Of a stretch of 64,000 bases of DNA, positions 50,980 to 61,164 are shown one piece after another. The notes beneath the pieces are model-generated. The model ran no database searches. It was not told the origin of the DNA and saw only the letters and a list, made by a program, of their open reading frames with translations. Origin of the DNA: Candidatus Multivorans sp. (GTDB taxonomy: Bacteria; Acidobacteriota; Thermoanaerobaculia; Multivoradales; Multivoraceae); assembly GCA_965224025.1 (NCBI GenBank), contig OZ245033.1:2560001-2624000 (forward strand), in the 5' to 3' direction. Made by a program: the position numbers and the translations under genes. The first letter of the stretch is position 1. Each line of letters begins with the position of its first letter.

Positions 50980-52062
50980 CTAGTGATGGTTGTTCACGCG
51001 CGACAACCACAGATTCTGTTGCAGAAACGTCTCCTCTGTATCGGCTTCATTCGCCGGAAGCACGTATGAGAGGAGGGACCTGTCGCGGGGTACGGGCCTA
51101 CCGAGGATCATAAGGCGGCGCTGCGACCATTGCGGCAGAGGGGAAAAGAAGTCGAAGCGAACACCGCCGTTGTCCGCCCGACGCCGGTAGCACTGTGGCC
51201 TGTCATTGCAGTGATCGATGGCCATTTGAAGGTGCCACGCGGCGTCGCAGGCGCGCCAGCGCGTCTGCTTGAGTGGTAGGTCGAGCAGCCGGACCGGAGC
51301 GCCGCTGCGCAAGTCAACCAGACACCAGGCCGGAGCACCGAACTCCTGAGGCCGCCGAGCGACGAACATGCCGTCCTGGTTCGTGGGTTTGCCCCATCGG
51401 CCGCGGTAGTAGGCGACCGGTCGCGCGGAGTCGAGGATCTGAAGGTCGGGGACCTCGGTGACGGGGTTTTCGCGGGCCAGAAGCTGCTGATGGCGAGCGA
51501 CCAAGCTTGCTGGATCTTCGGGCCGCGGACTCTTGAGCCAAGCGCCGTCGGATAGTTGCTGCAGCCCCAGTTCGCTCAGTTCATGCGGGAGATCTTCACC
51601 GGGTCGCGGTTCAAGGAGGCGTGTCGCGCCACGGTAGATAACGCGGCCGGAAAGCGTAGACGGGAGGAACGAGTCCTGATCCGGCACGACGCCGAAGAGA
51701 AACACGGAGCCACTTGGCCGTACGACGAAGCCGGGGGGCGCCGCGAAAACCCAAGTCTGTCTAACGTTCGAATCTTCGGTGACGACATCGTTGAGTTCGA
51801 GGAGGTCGCCGCCGACGATCAGAGCTTCGATGGCTTCGTCGGCGGCTTCGGGAGGGGAATCGTAGGCGGCCGGTAGGCCGCGCGTGCATTCGAGCAGCGA
51901 GGCCCGTAGGGTGGCTCGGGAGCACGGGCAGTGGACGCCGGCACTGCGCCTGCCGAGGGCTGCCAGCGTGGCGTCGTCCAGTGCGACCTTTTCGCCAACG
52001 GGCATGCCGAGCTTTCGACGGCAGTCGGCGAGAACCTTAGTCGCGGAGACGCGCTCAATCAT
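50980..52062 (-). CDS. DruD-like protein (360 aa)
   Basis: Position immediately before druE and size; LIVGGDLLE, YYRGRW; start ATG 52062; assignment by synteny. Confidence 0.68.
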   Translation of the reverse strand: MIERVSATKVLADCRRKLGMPVGEKVALDDATLAALGRRSAGVHCPCSRATLRASLLECTRGLPAAYDSPPEAADEAIEALIVGGDLLELNDVVTEDSNVRQTWVFAAPPGFVVRPSGSVFLFGVVPDQDSFLPSTLSGRVIYRGATRLLEPRPGEDLPHELSELGLQQLSDGAWLKSPRPEDPASLVARHQQLLARENPVTEVPDLQILDSARPVAYYRGRWGKPTNQDGMFVARRPQEFGAPAWCLVDLRSGAPVRLLDLPLKQTRWRACDAAWHLQMAIDHCNDRPQCYRRRADNGGVRFDFFSPLPQWSQRRLMILGRPVPRDRSLLSYVLPANEADTEETFLQQNLWLSRVNNHH

Positions 52063-52094
52063 GTCCGTACCCACGTCCGCTGGCGGTTGGTAGG

Positions 52095-54920
52095 TTAGCC
52101 ACGATGGTGCTCCCGGAGAAGTGCTACGAGACGGGCACCTCGGACCAAAGCCGGACTGTTGACGAGCTTTTGGACTCGGTCGTCCAGGAGCGGGTCGGCG
52201 AGGACATCGGTTGGCCGGATGGCTAGACGCAGCGCGAACCGGCATAGGTCGCGGTCGAACGACACGCGATGGAGTTCGACCACGTCGGCGAAACGGTTGG
52301 CTGCGGCGTCTTCGCTTTCGCCAGGGTCCGAGTGTCGAGCCAGGGGCCGGCCGAACTGTGTGGATTTGTCCACGAGCTTCTTGAGAACCGAGAGAGCATG
52401 TCGAGACATCGGTCGTTCGACGAAGGATCGCTCCGCTCTTGCCCAGTTCTCGCCGCACATGGTCCCGAAGATCGCGCTGATGATGCTGCGGATGACTTGG
52501 CGCTGCCTTGTGCTAGCAAGGAAGCCCGCTTGTCTCGCGCCGTGCCAGTAACGGAGCATGCGGAACGCTTCCCGGAGCGGTGGACCCGCGGGAACGTCAA
52601 CCTCCGGCTTCACGCCGAGATCCTGCAGGCCCGCGCTTGGCGGCGACGAACTCACCACAGCCGCGTCGAAGAACCGCGTATGGCGCGCGAGAAAGAGTCC
52701 ACCCGGCGGCGGGACGGGTCGCCCCGCTCTGGCGCTCTGGGCTTGCAGAGGGATGCGTTTGAGCGGTCGCTCCATACTGTAGAACCAGATGTCCGAGGCG
52801 GTGTCGTGATGGCCGCTGTCGTCGACGAGGCGGACCAAGGTCTTGTGCTTCCGGGAGCTCAAGACCCAGCGCAGGGGTGAGGGATCGTGCTCGAACCTGA
52901 GGGTGCAGGTGCCTAGGGATTCGCCTTTGACTTCGAGCGTGCAACACGCGGCCTCCAGGTACTTCCAGGCGCGGGATCTATCGCCGACAAATCGAGCGAA
53001 CGTGTTACGCCAGGCTTCCGGCGTGATGGGGAGGTTCATTGGAGGTTCCAAGGGACCGGAGAGGATTTCCCGGCCGTCCGCGGTGTGCAGGCGCACATCG
53101 AGGCGGACGGCGAAGCCCTCGGGACCATTGACGGAGAGGTTCAGTTCGTTGCGCCAGAAGAGGTCGAGGCTGGCGTCGTAGGGATCTGTGGTGACGAATA
53201 GACCTGGGTGCGAGGCGATGCCTGGGGTCCAGGGCTCCGGTTCGCGGACCGCGAGTCGTACGAACCCCTTTGCCGCGGGCGTGGACACAGTGCGGTCCAG
53301 TTCCGGAGTGCGGTGTGCTTCGACGGTCAGCATGTGGATACCGGCTCGTAGGGGCGGCAGTCGCACGAACGTGTGGCCGCCTTGAGGGTCGGTCGCGAGA
53401 ACCTGCGGGGCATCCTCGTTCAGGCGGAAGGAAAGCGCATCGAGCGGATGGTCCGGGGCGATTCCGAAGCAAGGGGACTCAGTGGTCAGCCACTCCGTGC
53501 TGCCTTCGCCGTCCCACCCGCGTCCGGGCAAACCGGCTGGCCAGACGCGGATGGTGCGCGCTACATCGAATCCCAACTCGCTAAGGCGGGCGACCTCGTC
53601 CGACGAAACGTGATCCGGCACGGCGAGGCGGAAAGCCTGGACGTCTTCGCACTCTAGGATGCACGAAGAGGCTTTCGGTAGTTCGCGAGGCACGCTCCCG
53701 GCAGTCACGACGATGTAGTTGTGGTCTGGTCTGACGGTTCGCGAGGCGAGGTGGCGGGCGATGCCGTCGGTGCCGATGCGAAAGAGCCAGAGCGGCCCGG
53801 GCGGGAGTCGGCACTCGGACTCAAGAAGATGATCCATAAGGGGGTTTGGCCGTTCAAAGTGGATGAGCGGCACCCCGGCGTCCGGCCAGCGTCGAAGGGC
53901 ACCCTTTCGATCGCCGGACAATAGCCATCCTGTCGGCTTCCAGTCGTCGGCGCCGTTCAGGCGGCATCGGGTGCCGTCGAGGAAGGCGCGCAGGTCGGCG
54001 CTTTCGGCAGCCACGGGACGAAAAGACCTTAGCTGCAGGACGGGGGACCAGCGATCGGCGCCGACATGGCGGAGGAAGAGCGCTGGGCGGATGATGAACC
54101 GCGACGTGTCGGGTGGAACGGGCTCGTCGGGGCCGGTGGGGCTGGGCGAGACACGATACGTGCCGCTGCCGATGCCCTTGAAACGATCCGAGACGACGCG
54201 CCTTGTCTCCTTGAGCCACTCGCGAGAACTGCGCACGTGGTCCAGATCCGCGACGATTCGTTGGAGGGTCGGTGGGTGGATCAAGTCCTCGGTGTTGACG
54301 GACTCGCCGCGAAGGAGCGCGGCGACGATCTGTCCGCTCAGGTCTTCTTGTTGGAGGAACGCCTGAAAGCGCGTCGAGGAATGGGACGCATGGGCGGCGA
54401 GGAGCCTGCCGATCGAACGTGTGTCGAGCGAAGAGGTAGCGGCCAAACGGAACCGTAGGTCGTAAAGGAGCCTGGCGAACTGGTATTGGAGATACCGTGG
54501 AAGAAGCGCATGGGTGATCGGCCAAGCGATGATGCTGAACTGCTCGGCCCATGGGCCGGATGGCACCACGCCGTTGAAGGACCTTTGGAATCTCTGGAAC
54601 CAGGACTTCACCTTGGTTCGGTCGTGAAACTGCCAGTTGGGCGTTCGCTCTTCAAACGAAGGCCAGTACTCGTCGCCTTTGTACTTGTAGCCGGCCTCGC
54701 TCGCGTAGACGACCCATGGCAGCCAATGGGGCGCTAAGCGCCGCCGAGTTCGAACCCGGTCGCGAAGCAAGGCACTGGCGCGCTTGAGTTCGTAAGGGCT
54801 GACGCCGTGTTCCAGGGCAAAGATCGGGAAGCCGGATCGTTCGCGGGCGCTCGCGAGCGAACTGAAGTGTGCGAGAAGGCGCTCCTGTAGAGCGTTCAGT
54901 GCGGCGGCGTCACGGTCCAT
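52095..54920 (-). CDS. 941-aa Druantia-associated protein (occupies druB/druC position)
   Basis: Single long ORF between druA and druD-like; FALEHG, GYKYKGDEYW, FSIIAWPITHA; no catalytic motif recognised. Confidence 0.7.
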   Translation of the reverse strand: MDRDAAALNALQERLLAHFSSLASARERSGFPIFALEHGVSPYELKRASALLRDRVRTRRRLAPHWLPWVVYASEAGYKYKGDEYWPSFEERTPNWQFHDRTKVKSWFQRFQRSFNGVVPSGPWAEQFSIIAWPITHALLPRYLQYQFARLLYDLRFRLAATSSLDTRSIGRLLAAHASHSSTRFQAFLQQEDLSGQIVAALLRGESVNTEDLIHPPTLQRIVADLDHVRSSREWLKETRRVVSDRFKGIGSGTYRVSPSPTGPDEPVPPDTSRFIIRPALFLRHVGADRWSPVLQLRSFRPVAAESADLRAFLDGTRCRLNGADDWKPTGWLLSGDRKGALRRWPDAGVPLIHFERPNPLMDHLLESECRLPPGPLWLFRIGTDGIARHLASRTVRPDHNYIVVTAGSVPRELPKASSCILECEDVQAFRLAVPDHVSSDEVARLSELGFDVARTIRVWPAGLPGRGWDGEGSTEWLTTESPCFGIAPDHPLDALSFRLNEDAPQVLATDPQGGHTFVRLPPLRAGIHMLTVEAHRTPELDRTVSTPAAKGFVRLAVREPEPWTPGIASHPGLFVTTDPYDASLDLFWRNELNLSVNGPEGFAVRLDVRLHTADGREILSGPLEPPMNLPITPEAWRNTFARFVGDRSRAWKYLEAACCTLEVKGESLGTCTLRFEHDPSPLRWVLSSRKHKTLVRLVDDSGHHDTASDIWFYSMERPLKRIPLQAQSARAGRPVPPPGGLFLARHTRFFDAAVVSSSPPSAGLQDLGVKPEVDVPAGPPLREAFRMLRYWHGARQAGFLASTRQRQVIRSIISAIFGTMCGENWARAERSFVERPMSRHALSVLKKLVDKSTQFGRPLARHSDPGESEDAAANRFADVVELHRVSFDRDLCRFALRLAIRPTDVLADPLLDDRVQKLVNSPALVRGARLVALLREHHRG

Positions 54921-54948
54921 CGTTTAGGTCGCTGACGAGCGACTGGTT

Positions 54949-56169
54949 TCAGTTGGACGCCGCCTGGTGCGGCTGGGTACCGACGTGGCTGTCGAGCAGG
55001 TGGAGGACGTCAGACCTGTCCCAGACGCGGTAGTCGGGGCGTCGCCGAGCACGCGGAAGAATCCACCGTTCTAGAGCGAGGTCGGCGACTTGCTCGGCTG
55101 AGAGAAGCGTAGAAATGTCTGGTGGTCCCTTGCCGGTGCACAGGATCGTAGCGGCATTGGATGCGAGCTTGCAAACGAAGACTTCGCGCTGGATACCGTG
55201 GCGCAGCAGGTCCTCTCTGAACCCAAGAGCCTTGAGGGCGGCGCGTGTGGTGCGAAGACGCCAGTTCGGGCCTTGTCCGAACCGATGCTGATCCGCATAC
55301 CCGTGGCCAGTGCTTCGCAGGTAGTCGCGCAACTCGAGAAACAGGTTGTCCGAGATGTGGAAGTGACCCCAGCCGCGCGTGTACCCGATGGGCTCAAAGT
55401 ACCGTACACCGCCCAGCTTCAAGCGGTTGTACACCGAGGACCGCCCCATCGACGACGAGGTGGTGACGGCCAGCAAGCGCGGCTTCTTCGCCTTGCCGGA
55501 GATGATGCCTGTGCTGTTGCCGTAGGTGCGCGTGAACTCGTTGTAGACCTGTCGTGAGCGGAGGAGACAGGCGACCATCTTCCCGGCCAATAGCGAGTTG
55601 TACGGGGGCAGTGCGCCCAGCACGTACGCGTCCATGACATTGACCAAGCGCTCACGGCGGTCGTTGGCATCCCATCCGATAAAGGCGTCGCGAACCGAGA
55701 GATTGAAGACCGGATCGCCAATTGCGAGCACGCCCAGCAGCTTGTCGTTGTGGGTATCCCAGATGACATAGCGGAGACGCCGCCCGAATCCGTTGGAGAC
55801 CGGTACGGACCATGTGAGCGTGGCTAGGCGAAACAAGTCCGCCTGCCAGGTTCCCGCGTACACCCGCTCAAGTTTGGGTCTGATTTCAGCGGGTTCCAGA
55901 TCCCGACCGGAGGCGAAGTAGGGAAGGAGCTTCGGGGCACGGCGCGAAACGAAGTCCGAGTTGACCGAGAGACGGTCGGTTCGCTGGGGCCCGTGCAATC
56001 TCCGAACGAGGTCTTTGTCGTGGCCGCCGATGTTGAGGGTGCCGTCCGCTGACTTGTGGAAGCCAAGGGAACGCAGCTGGCGTCTGACCTTGCGTCGGAG
56101 CGAGGCCTCCCGTGTCGAGATGGGGATTACCGGGCTGCTCTTCTTGTTCGAGTTCCCCACGACTGACAT
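54949..56169 (-). CDS. druA: Druantia protein DruA (DUF4338-like)
   Basis: WSVPVSNGFGRRLRY, GDPVFNL, LGALPPYNSLLAGK, TTSSSMGRSSVYNR. Confidence 0.85.
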   Translation of the reverse strand: MSVVGNSNKKSSPVIPISTREASLRRKVRRQLRSLGFHKSADGTLNIGGHDKDLVRRLHGPQRTDRLSVNSDFVSRRAPKLLPYFASGRDLEPAEIRPKLERVYAGTWQADLFRLATLTWSVPVSNGFGRRLRYVIWDTHNDKLLGVLAIGDPVFNLSVRDAFIGWDANDRRERLVNVMDAYVLGALPPYNSLLAGKMVACLLRSRQVYNEFTRTYGNSTGIISGKAKKPRLLAVTTSSSMGRSSVYNRLKLGGVRYFEPIGYTRGWGHFHISDNLFLELRDYLRSTGHGYADQHRFGQGPNWRLRTTRAALKALGFREDLLRHGIQREVFVCKLASNAATILCTGKGPPDISTLLSAEQVADLALERWILPRARRRPDYRVWDRSDVLHLLDSHVGTQPHQAASN

Positions 56170-56537
56170 TTCCGCTTTCTGGCCGGGTTGGTCTTCCCTC
56201 GGTGGCGGGCCAACTGGAAGGTGCTCGCCGCGTCACTCGCAGGATGACGACTCCGGATTCGAGTGGGATTCTCGCCTACATCGACCCAGGGGACAAGCCG
56301 GACGCCCACTGGGAGGAACTCGGCGACGATCTTCCGACTGGTGGTCGTGAAGGACGGCTGCGGGCGGCACGGGCCAGGATCTGTCGCGAGAGGCACATCG
56401 CTGGCAGACAGCCGGTCGGACGAGTACACGTGCACCGGTCGCAGGAATCCCTTCGTAGGTTCCTCAACCCGGATGCTCGCTCCGGTCGGTCGTTGCCTGA
56501 CTTTGGGTCGGTGGGCGTCGCTCGCTCCGAGCCCCTT

Positions 56538-56567
56538 GGGATCCCACCCACGGGACCCTCGGCAGGC
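56538..56567. repeat. Right arm of 30-bp inverted repeat bracketing the Druantia locus
   Basis: gggatcccacccacgggaccctcggcaggc. Confidence 0.8.
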
Positions 56568-56635
56568 TGGCGGAGGTCGGGCTGAGTGATGCCGGTCCGT
56601 TGCGATCCCTGGGTGGGTCGAAACGGCTGGCGTGC

Positions 56636-57172
56636 TTACGCGGGCGGTCGGGGGCCGTAACGATGTCCGTCGACCTCGAGTTCCCAGTCCAGCATGCGGT
56701 CGCCATCGAAGATGTAGCGGCCTTGGGGCGTCAGGCCGTTTAGCGAGTGGGGAAGCCAGAGCCGGTCGTCCTCCCACATCTCGTCGTAGGGGATGGCGTC
56801 GACTTCGGTCCAGAGGGGGGCCGCCTCGTCGGTTTCACGGATGTCGCCCTGGTAGCCCGAGGCGACGAAAGCGTAGACGTGGATGGAGTAGCCGTCGACG
56901 AACTGAAACAGGTTCTCTCCCCGATACTCGAGTCCCTGGGGCGTGACGCCGAGTTCCTCCTCGACTTCGCGGGTGGCGCAGTCGATCGGCTCCTCGCCGG
57001 GCTCGAGCCGGCCACCGGGGCCGTTGACCTTGCCGGCGCCCAGGCCGCGTTTCTTGCGGATCAGGAGCACCCGGCGGTCTTCGAGGACGAAGGTCAGGGT
57101 GGCCCGATCGACGGCGCGCCAGGAGGCCCAGTCGATGTCGCCGAGCTTCGTCTTGCCTGCGGCAGCCTGCAC
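56636..57172 (-). CDS. NUDIX hydrolase (8-oxo-dGTP diphosphatase-like)
   Basis: KKRGLGAG..NGPGG...REVEEELG Nudix box; MWEDDRLW; true start may be slightly downstream. Confidence 0.85.
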   Translation of the reverse strand: MQAAAGKTKLGDIDWASWRAVDRATLTFVLEDRRVLLIRKKRGLGAGKVNGPGGRLEPGEEPIDCATREVEEELGVTPQGLEYRGENLFQFVDGYSIHVYAFVASGYQGDIRETDEAAPLWTEVDAIPYDEMWEDDRLWLPHSLNGLTPQGRYIFDGDRMLDWELEVDGHRYGPRPPA

Positions 57173-57321
57173 GGCGGCATCGTAGCGAAGGAAAGGCCGG
57201 TCCGCGCCTACCGAGGTACCGGTACCGCCCCAAGACTCCTCGCCTGCGGCTCGGTGTCTTGGCCCATCCCCCCGTGTCTAGCGGTCCGGCCTTCGGCGCG
57301 TACCGGTACACTGCGCGGCCT

Positions 57322-58194
57322 ATGAGATTCGGACTTCGGTACTGCAACACGGGCCGCTACGTCGATCCGGGCCTGGCGGTGGAACTGGCCCAGGCCGCCG
57401 ACGAGGCGGGCTTCGAGTCGATCTGGACCGTCGAGCACGCGGTCGTTCCGGGCGGCTATGAGTCGGCGTATCCCTATTCGCCGGACGGCAAGATGGCCGG
57501 CGGCCGAGACGACTTTCCGTTGCCCGACCCGTTGATCTGGATGGCGTTCGTCGCGTCGCAGACCCGGCGGATCCGGTTCGCGACCGGGATCCTGATCGTG
57601 CCACAGCACAACCCGGTGGTCGCCGCCAAGCAGATCGCCACCCTGGACCACATGACGGGCGGGCGTCTCCTTCTGGGCATCGGCGTCGGCTGGTTGAAGG
57701 AGGAGTTCGACGCGATCGGCGCTTCCTTTGCCGACCGGGGACGACGCACGGACGAGTACATCGAAGCGATGCGGGAGCTCTGGGGCGCCGAGAGGCCGAC
57801 CTACCAGGGCGAGTTCGTCCGGTTCGAGGCCGCCTACTGCCGCCCGCAACCGGTCACCGGCAGCGTCCCGATCATCGTTGGCGGCCATTCCAAGGTCGCA
57901 GCCCGGCGCGCCGGCCGCCTGGGTGACGGTTTCTTCCCGGCCCGCGGCGCCTCGGCCGAGCTGATCGCGCTGGCGCGTGACGTGGCCGTGGAGCACGGCC
58001 GCGACCCGGGTGCAGTCGAGATCACGACCGGCATCGGTGAGGATCTGTCGAGCCTGCGCTCGCTGGCGGACCTGGGGGTTGAACGCGTGCTGGTTCCGGT
58101 GGCGCCGATGCCGGGGATGGGGCTGCACCTCGGTCGGCCGGAGAACGCACAGGCGCTGATGGACCAGATCCTCGAGGCGGCGCCGCCGGAGTAG
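57322..58194 (+). CDS. LLM-class (F420-dependent-type) oxidoreductase
   Basis: GFESIWTVEH, LAKQ-like AAKQIATLD, GIGVGWLKEEF. Confidence 0.85.
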   Translation: MRFGLRYCNTGRYVDPGLAVELAQAADEAGFESIWTVEHAVVPGGYESAYPYSPDGKMAGGRDDFPLPDPLIWMAFVASQTRRIRFATGILIVPQHNPVVAAKQIATLDHMTGGRLLLGIGVGWLKEEFDAIGASFADRGRRTDEYIEAMRELWGAERPTYQGEFVRFEAAYCRPQPVTGSVPIIVGGHSKVAARRAGRLGDGFFPARGASAELIALARDVAVEHGRDPGAVEITTGIGEDLSSLRSLADLGVERVLVPVAPMPGMGLHLGRPENAQALMDQILEAAPPE

Positions 58195-58204
58195 TCAACA
58201 GAGC

Positions 58205-59527
58205 TTGCGGTTTCGAGCACTATCGTCCTTCGCGCTCTCGGCGCTCCTCTTCGGGGGATGCTCCGGCCCCGGGCCGCCGCCGTGGCACGCGGTCCACCTG
58301 ACGTGGCAGGGCGACACGTCGACGACGATGACAGTCAACCTGGTGGTCGAAGCGGACGGCATCGGGGAGAGGCTGCCGCGGTCGGCCGGCGTCGAATGGC
58401 GCGATTCCGGCTCGGACGGAGAGCCGTATTCGATCCCAGGGGAACCGGTCGAGATCCCAGGCGTACCGGACGTTCGGGTCTACCGGTTCGAGCTGCGAGA
58501 GCTGGACGCCGGCTCCAGCTACGACTTCGAGATGCTTCTCGACGGACGGCCAGCAGGTCGGGCGCGGAGCTTCCGCACGGTACCGCGGGAGGGCCCGGTG
58601 CGCCTGGCGGCGGGGGGCGACGTGGGCGCCGAGCCGCTGTCGCTCGCCCTGCTGGCCCAGGCGGCGCGGCAGTCGCCGCACCTGCTCGCCATCGGCGGCG
58701 ACCTCGCGTACGCCAACGGCCTGACCTCGAACTGGCCGCGCTGGCGGGCCTGGTTGGAGCATGTGACCGAGGCGTTGGTTACGCCCGACGGCCACACGGT
58801 TCCCCTGGTGCTCGCGATCGGCAACCACGAGGTGAACGTCGGCCGAGACGGCGGCGTTCCGGCGTCGGCGCCGGCCGAGCAGAAGGCGCCCTTCTTTCTT
58901 TCGCTGTTCGCGCGGAATCAGGCCGGCCGAGGCTCGCGGAAGGACGGTGGGGCAACCTACTTCCGGCGCGGCCTGGGCTCGGTGGGAGCCCTCTACGTGC
59001 TGGACAGCGACCACCTCGTGCCCTACGAGGATCAGGCAGCCTGGCTGGCGGAGCGGATGGCGGAGGACGAAGGCCTGCCTACCCGGCTGGCCCTCTACCA
59101 CGTTCCGCTCTACCCGGCTCACCGGTCCTACGAGGGGTCGGCCGATGGGCGTGCCGCGTGGGAGGAGCTCTTCCACCGAGGCAGGCTGACAGCGGCGTTC
59201 GAGAACCACGACCATGTGTTCAAGCGCAGCCACCCGATCAGGCTCGGCGAGGTCGTCGAGGAGGGCGAGGGCGTGCTCTACCTCGGCGACGGCTGCATGG
59301 GCCAGGATGCCCGCACCGTCGATCCCGAAGAACGCTGGTACCTTGCCAAGTCGGCCAGCGAGCCGCATTTCTGGATGGCCGAGCTGTCCGACGAGGGAGC
59401 GATCTTCCGCGCCTTCGACGAAGAGGGCCGGTTGCTCGACCTCGTCTCCACCGGCGATGTGGCGACGCCACCCGACGCAGGGGATGTCCTGCCGGAACTC
59501 GACCGAACCGTTGAGATGCCCGGCTGA
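58205..59527 (+). CDS. Purple acid phosphatase-like metallophosphoesterase, lipoprotein
   Basis: GGD, GGDLAY, IGNHE, YHVP, ENHDH; lipobox-like FGGC. Confidence 0.85.
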   Translation: MRFRALSSFALSALLFGGCSGPGPPPWHAVHLTWQGDTSTTMTVNLVVEADGIGERLPRSAGVEWRDSGSDGEPYSIPGEPVEIPGVPDVRVYRFELRELDAGSSYDFEMLLDGRPAGRARSFRTVPREGPVRLAAGGDVGAEPLSLALLAQAARQSPHLLAIGGDLAYANGLTSNWPRWRAWLEHVTEALVTPDGHTVPLVLAIGNHEVNVGRDGGVPASAPAEQKAPFFLSLFARNQAGRGSRKDGGATYFRRGLGSVGALYVLDSDHLVPYEDQAAWLAERMAEDEGLPTRLALYHVPLYPAHRSYEGSADGRAAWEELFHRGRLTAAFENHDHVFKRSHPIRLGEVVEEGEGVLYLGDGCMGQDARTVDPEERWYLAKSASEPHFWMAELSDEGAIFRAFDEEGRLLDLVSTGDVATPPDAGDVLPELDRTVEMPG

Positions 59528-59598
59528 GCGGTCGAGGTCGAGCCCACTTTCGCCTCGAAGTCGGCTCGGTTGGGGCACACCCGCCTGCGGGCACACCC

Positions 59599-59778
59599 GT
59601 CAGCGCCGCGATCCGGAGGGGAGGGTCCCAGCGGATGCTCGCGCTTGTCGGATGAATGGAAGGTCGGCGCTCGCTGCGGTCGGCTGCGCTCCGGTTGGTT
59701 GTCGGTTTCTGGAGGGATATGGGCAGTCGCTTGCCGACAGCCTCGCTGGGCCCCTCCCCTCCGGCTCGCGGCGCTGAC
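59599..59778. repeat. 180-bp element with 35-bp inverted arms (MITE/REP-doublet-like)
   Basis: 59599-59633 versus 59744-59778, 33/35 complementary. Confidence 0.75.
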
Positions 59779-59876
59779 TGGAGGTCGTCGGCGAGGCGTC
59801 GGATGTCTCGATGCCGGGCTGTCGAAGTTGGAGGGGCTGCTGTTATCGTCCGAGTTCGCCCATGGAGAGAGTCAGG

Positions 59877-61164
59877 ATGCAGGACGCCATACGGAATCTG
59901 CTCGACGATAAGGCCTTCAAGGACTACGCGGCCCTGACGAAGAAGCGGAACTTCAACGCGTTCGACGTACTCCGCTACAGCGACTACGAGATTCGGCACA
60001 GCAACGTGCTTGCCTGGCTGCTGACGCCGGGCGCGACGCATGGCGTGCGCGACGCATTCGTCAAGAAGTTCGTCAAGTGCCTACCGTCGAAGGAGCACTG
60101 CGGCAAGTTGGCAGACCTGAAGCGCAAGTCCTCCTTCGCCCACGACGATGTCCGGGTCGAACGCGAAGTCGACTACGTCGACATCAAGGTGTTCTTCGAG
60201 AAGGAGCCCCGGCTCCTTCTGGTCGTCGAGAACAAGCCCTGTCCCTTCTTGCCTGAGTATGCGGAGCAACTTCGACGGTACGTAGGAGCAGCGCGAGAAG
60301 CACGGCGCCAGGTACTGCGTTCAAGGCGTTCTGCTGACCGCTTCACGCGAGGGAGACCCGCAGCACGAGGACTACCTTCATCTGAGCTGGCACGAGATCC
60401 AGAGCCGCGTGGAGTCGCTTCTCAACGGATGTGAGTCCCTTTCCACGGAGGTGAACGCCTTTCTCCAGCAGTACGTCGACATCGTCGACCGGAACATCCT
60501 TGGCCGCGGGCCCTCCTCGGACTGCTTCAGAGGACTGTTGAAGGACCATGGGGCGACGCTCGAGAAGATGCTGCGCGAGTGGAAGCCTGGCAAGATGCCT
60601 AAGAAATGGCCGGTCCCTCGGGCCGACGTCGACGCTCTCGACAGTCTGCTGCGGGACTTCCGCCAGCGGCCCGCGGACCTGAGAGACGCCGTCCGGCAGG
60701 TTCTGCGGAGCAGAGGCTTCGAGACTCAGGCCGTGACCGCTACTGGAGGGACGGTGTACTGGCTCTCCTTCTGGGATCGCCGATGGCTCAAGACCGCAAA
60801 GAAGCTCGGTATCAAGGACCAGAGGTGGTGGTTCGAGTTCACGCATCGGAACGTGGTCGTGAAACTGGGCGGCGTCGCAGTAGCCGGCGAGAAGCGGCGA
60901 GCCGTGAGGAGGATTCTCGACTTCATGGAGAAAGCTCCGGTCGAGGGGATCGTTGCCGGTGAGTTCCCGCTTGAAGTAGAGGAAGGTAAGTGGCCCCGGT
61001 TCTACCGTCAGGATCTCCTGACCGAGACCGAACTTGCGAACGCCTCGGCCGAGGAGAGTCGCGAGCGCACCCTGCGCAGAGTCAGGCGGTTCCTCAACTC
61101 CCCCGACTACAGGCGAATCAACCGCTACTTCGAGGTCCTCGCCTTCCGCCCCTCGCCCAAGTAG
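59877..61164 (+). pseudogene. PD-(D/E)XK nuclease-family protein with frameshift near 60285
   Basis: EIRHSNVLAWLL, VDIKV, VVENK, QLRRY; continues in another frame as ...YLHLSWHEI... Confidence 0.75.

Noticed and set aside
56170-56535. Additional Druantia-associated small gene upstream of druA
   Set aside because: Several short ORFs in different frames, none with a recognisable motif or clear ribosome-binding site
61125-61164. Functional significance of the 40-bp convergent gene overlap
   Set aside because: Short 3' overlaps are common and one partner is frameshifted
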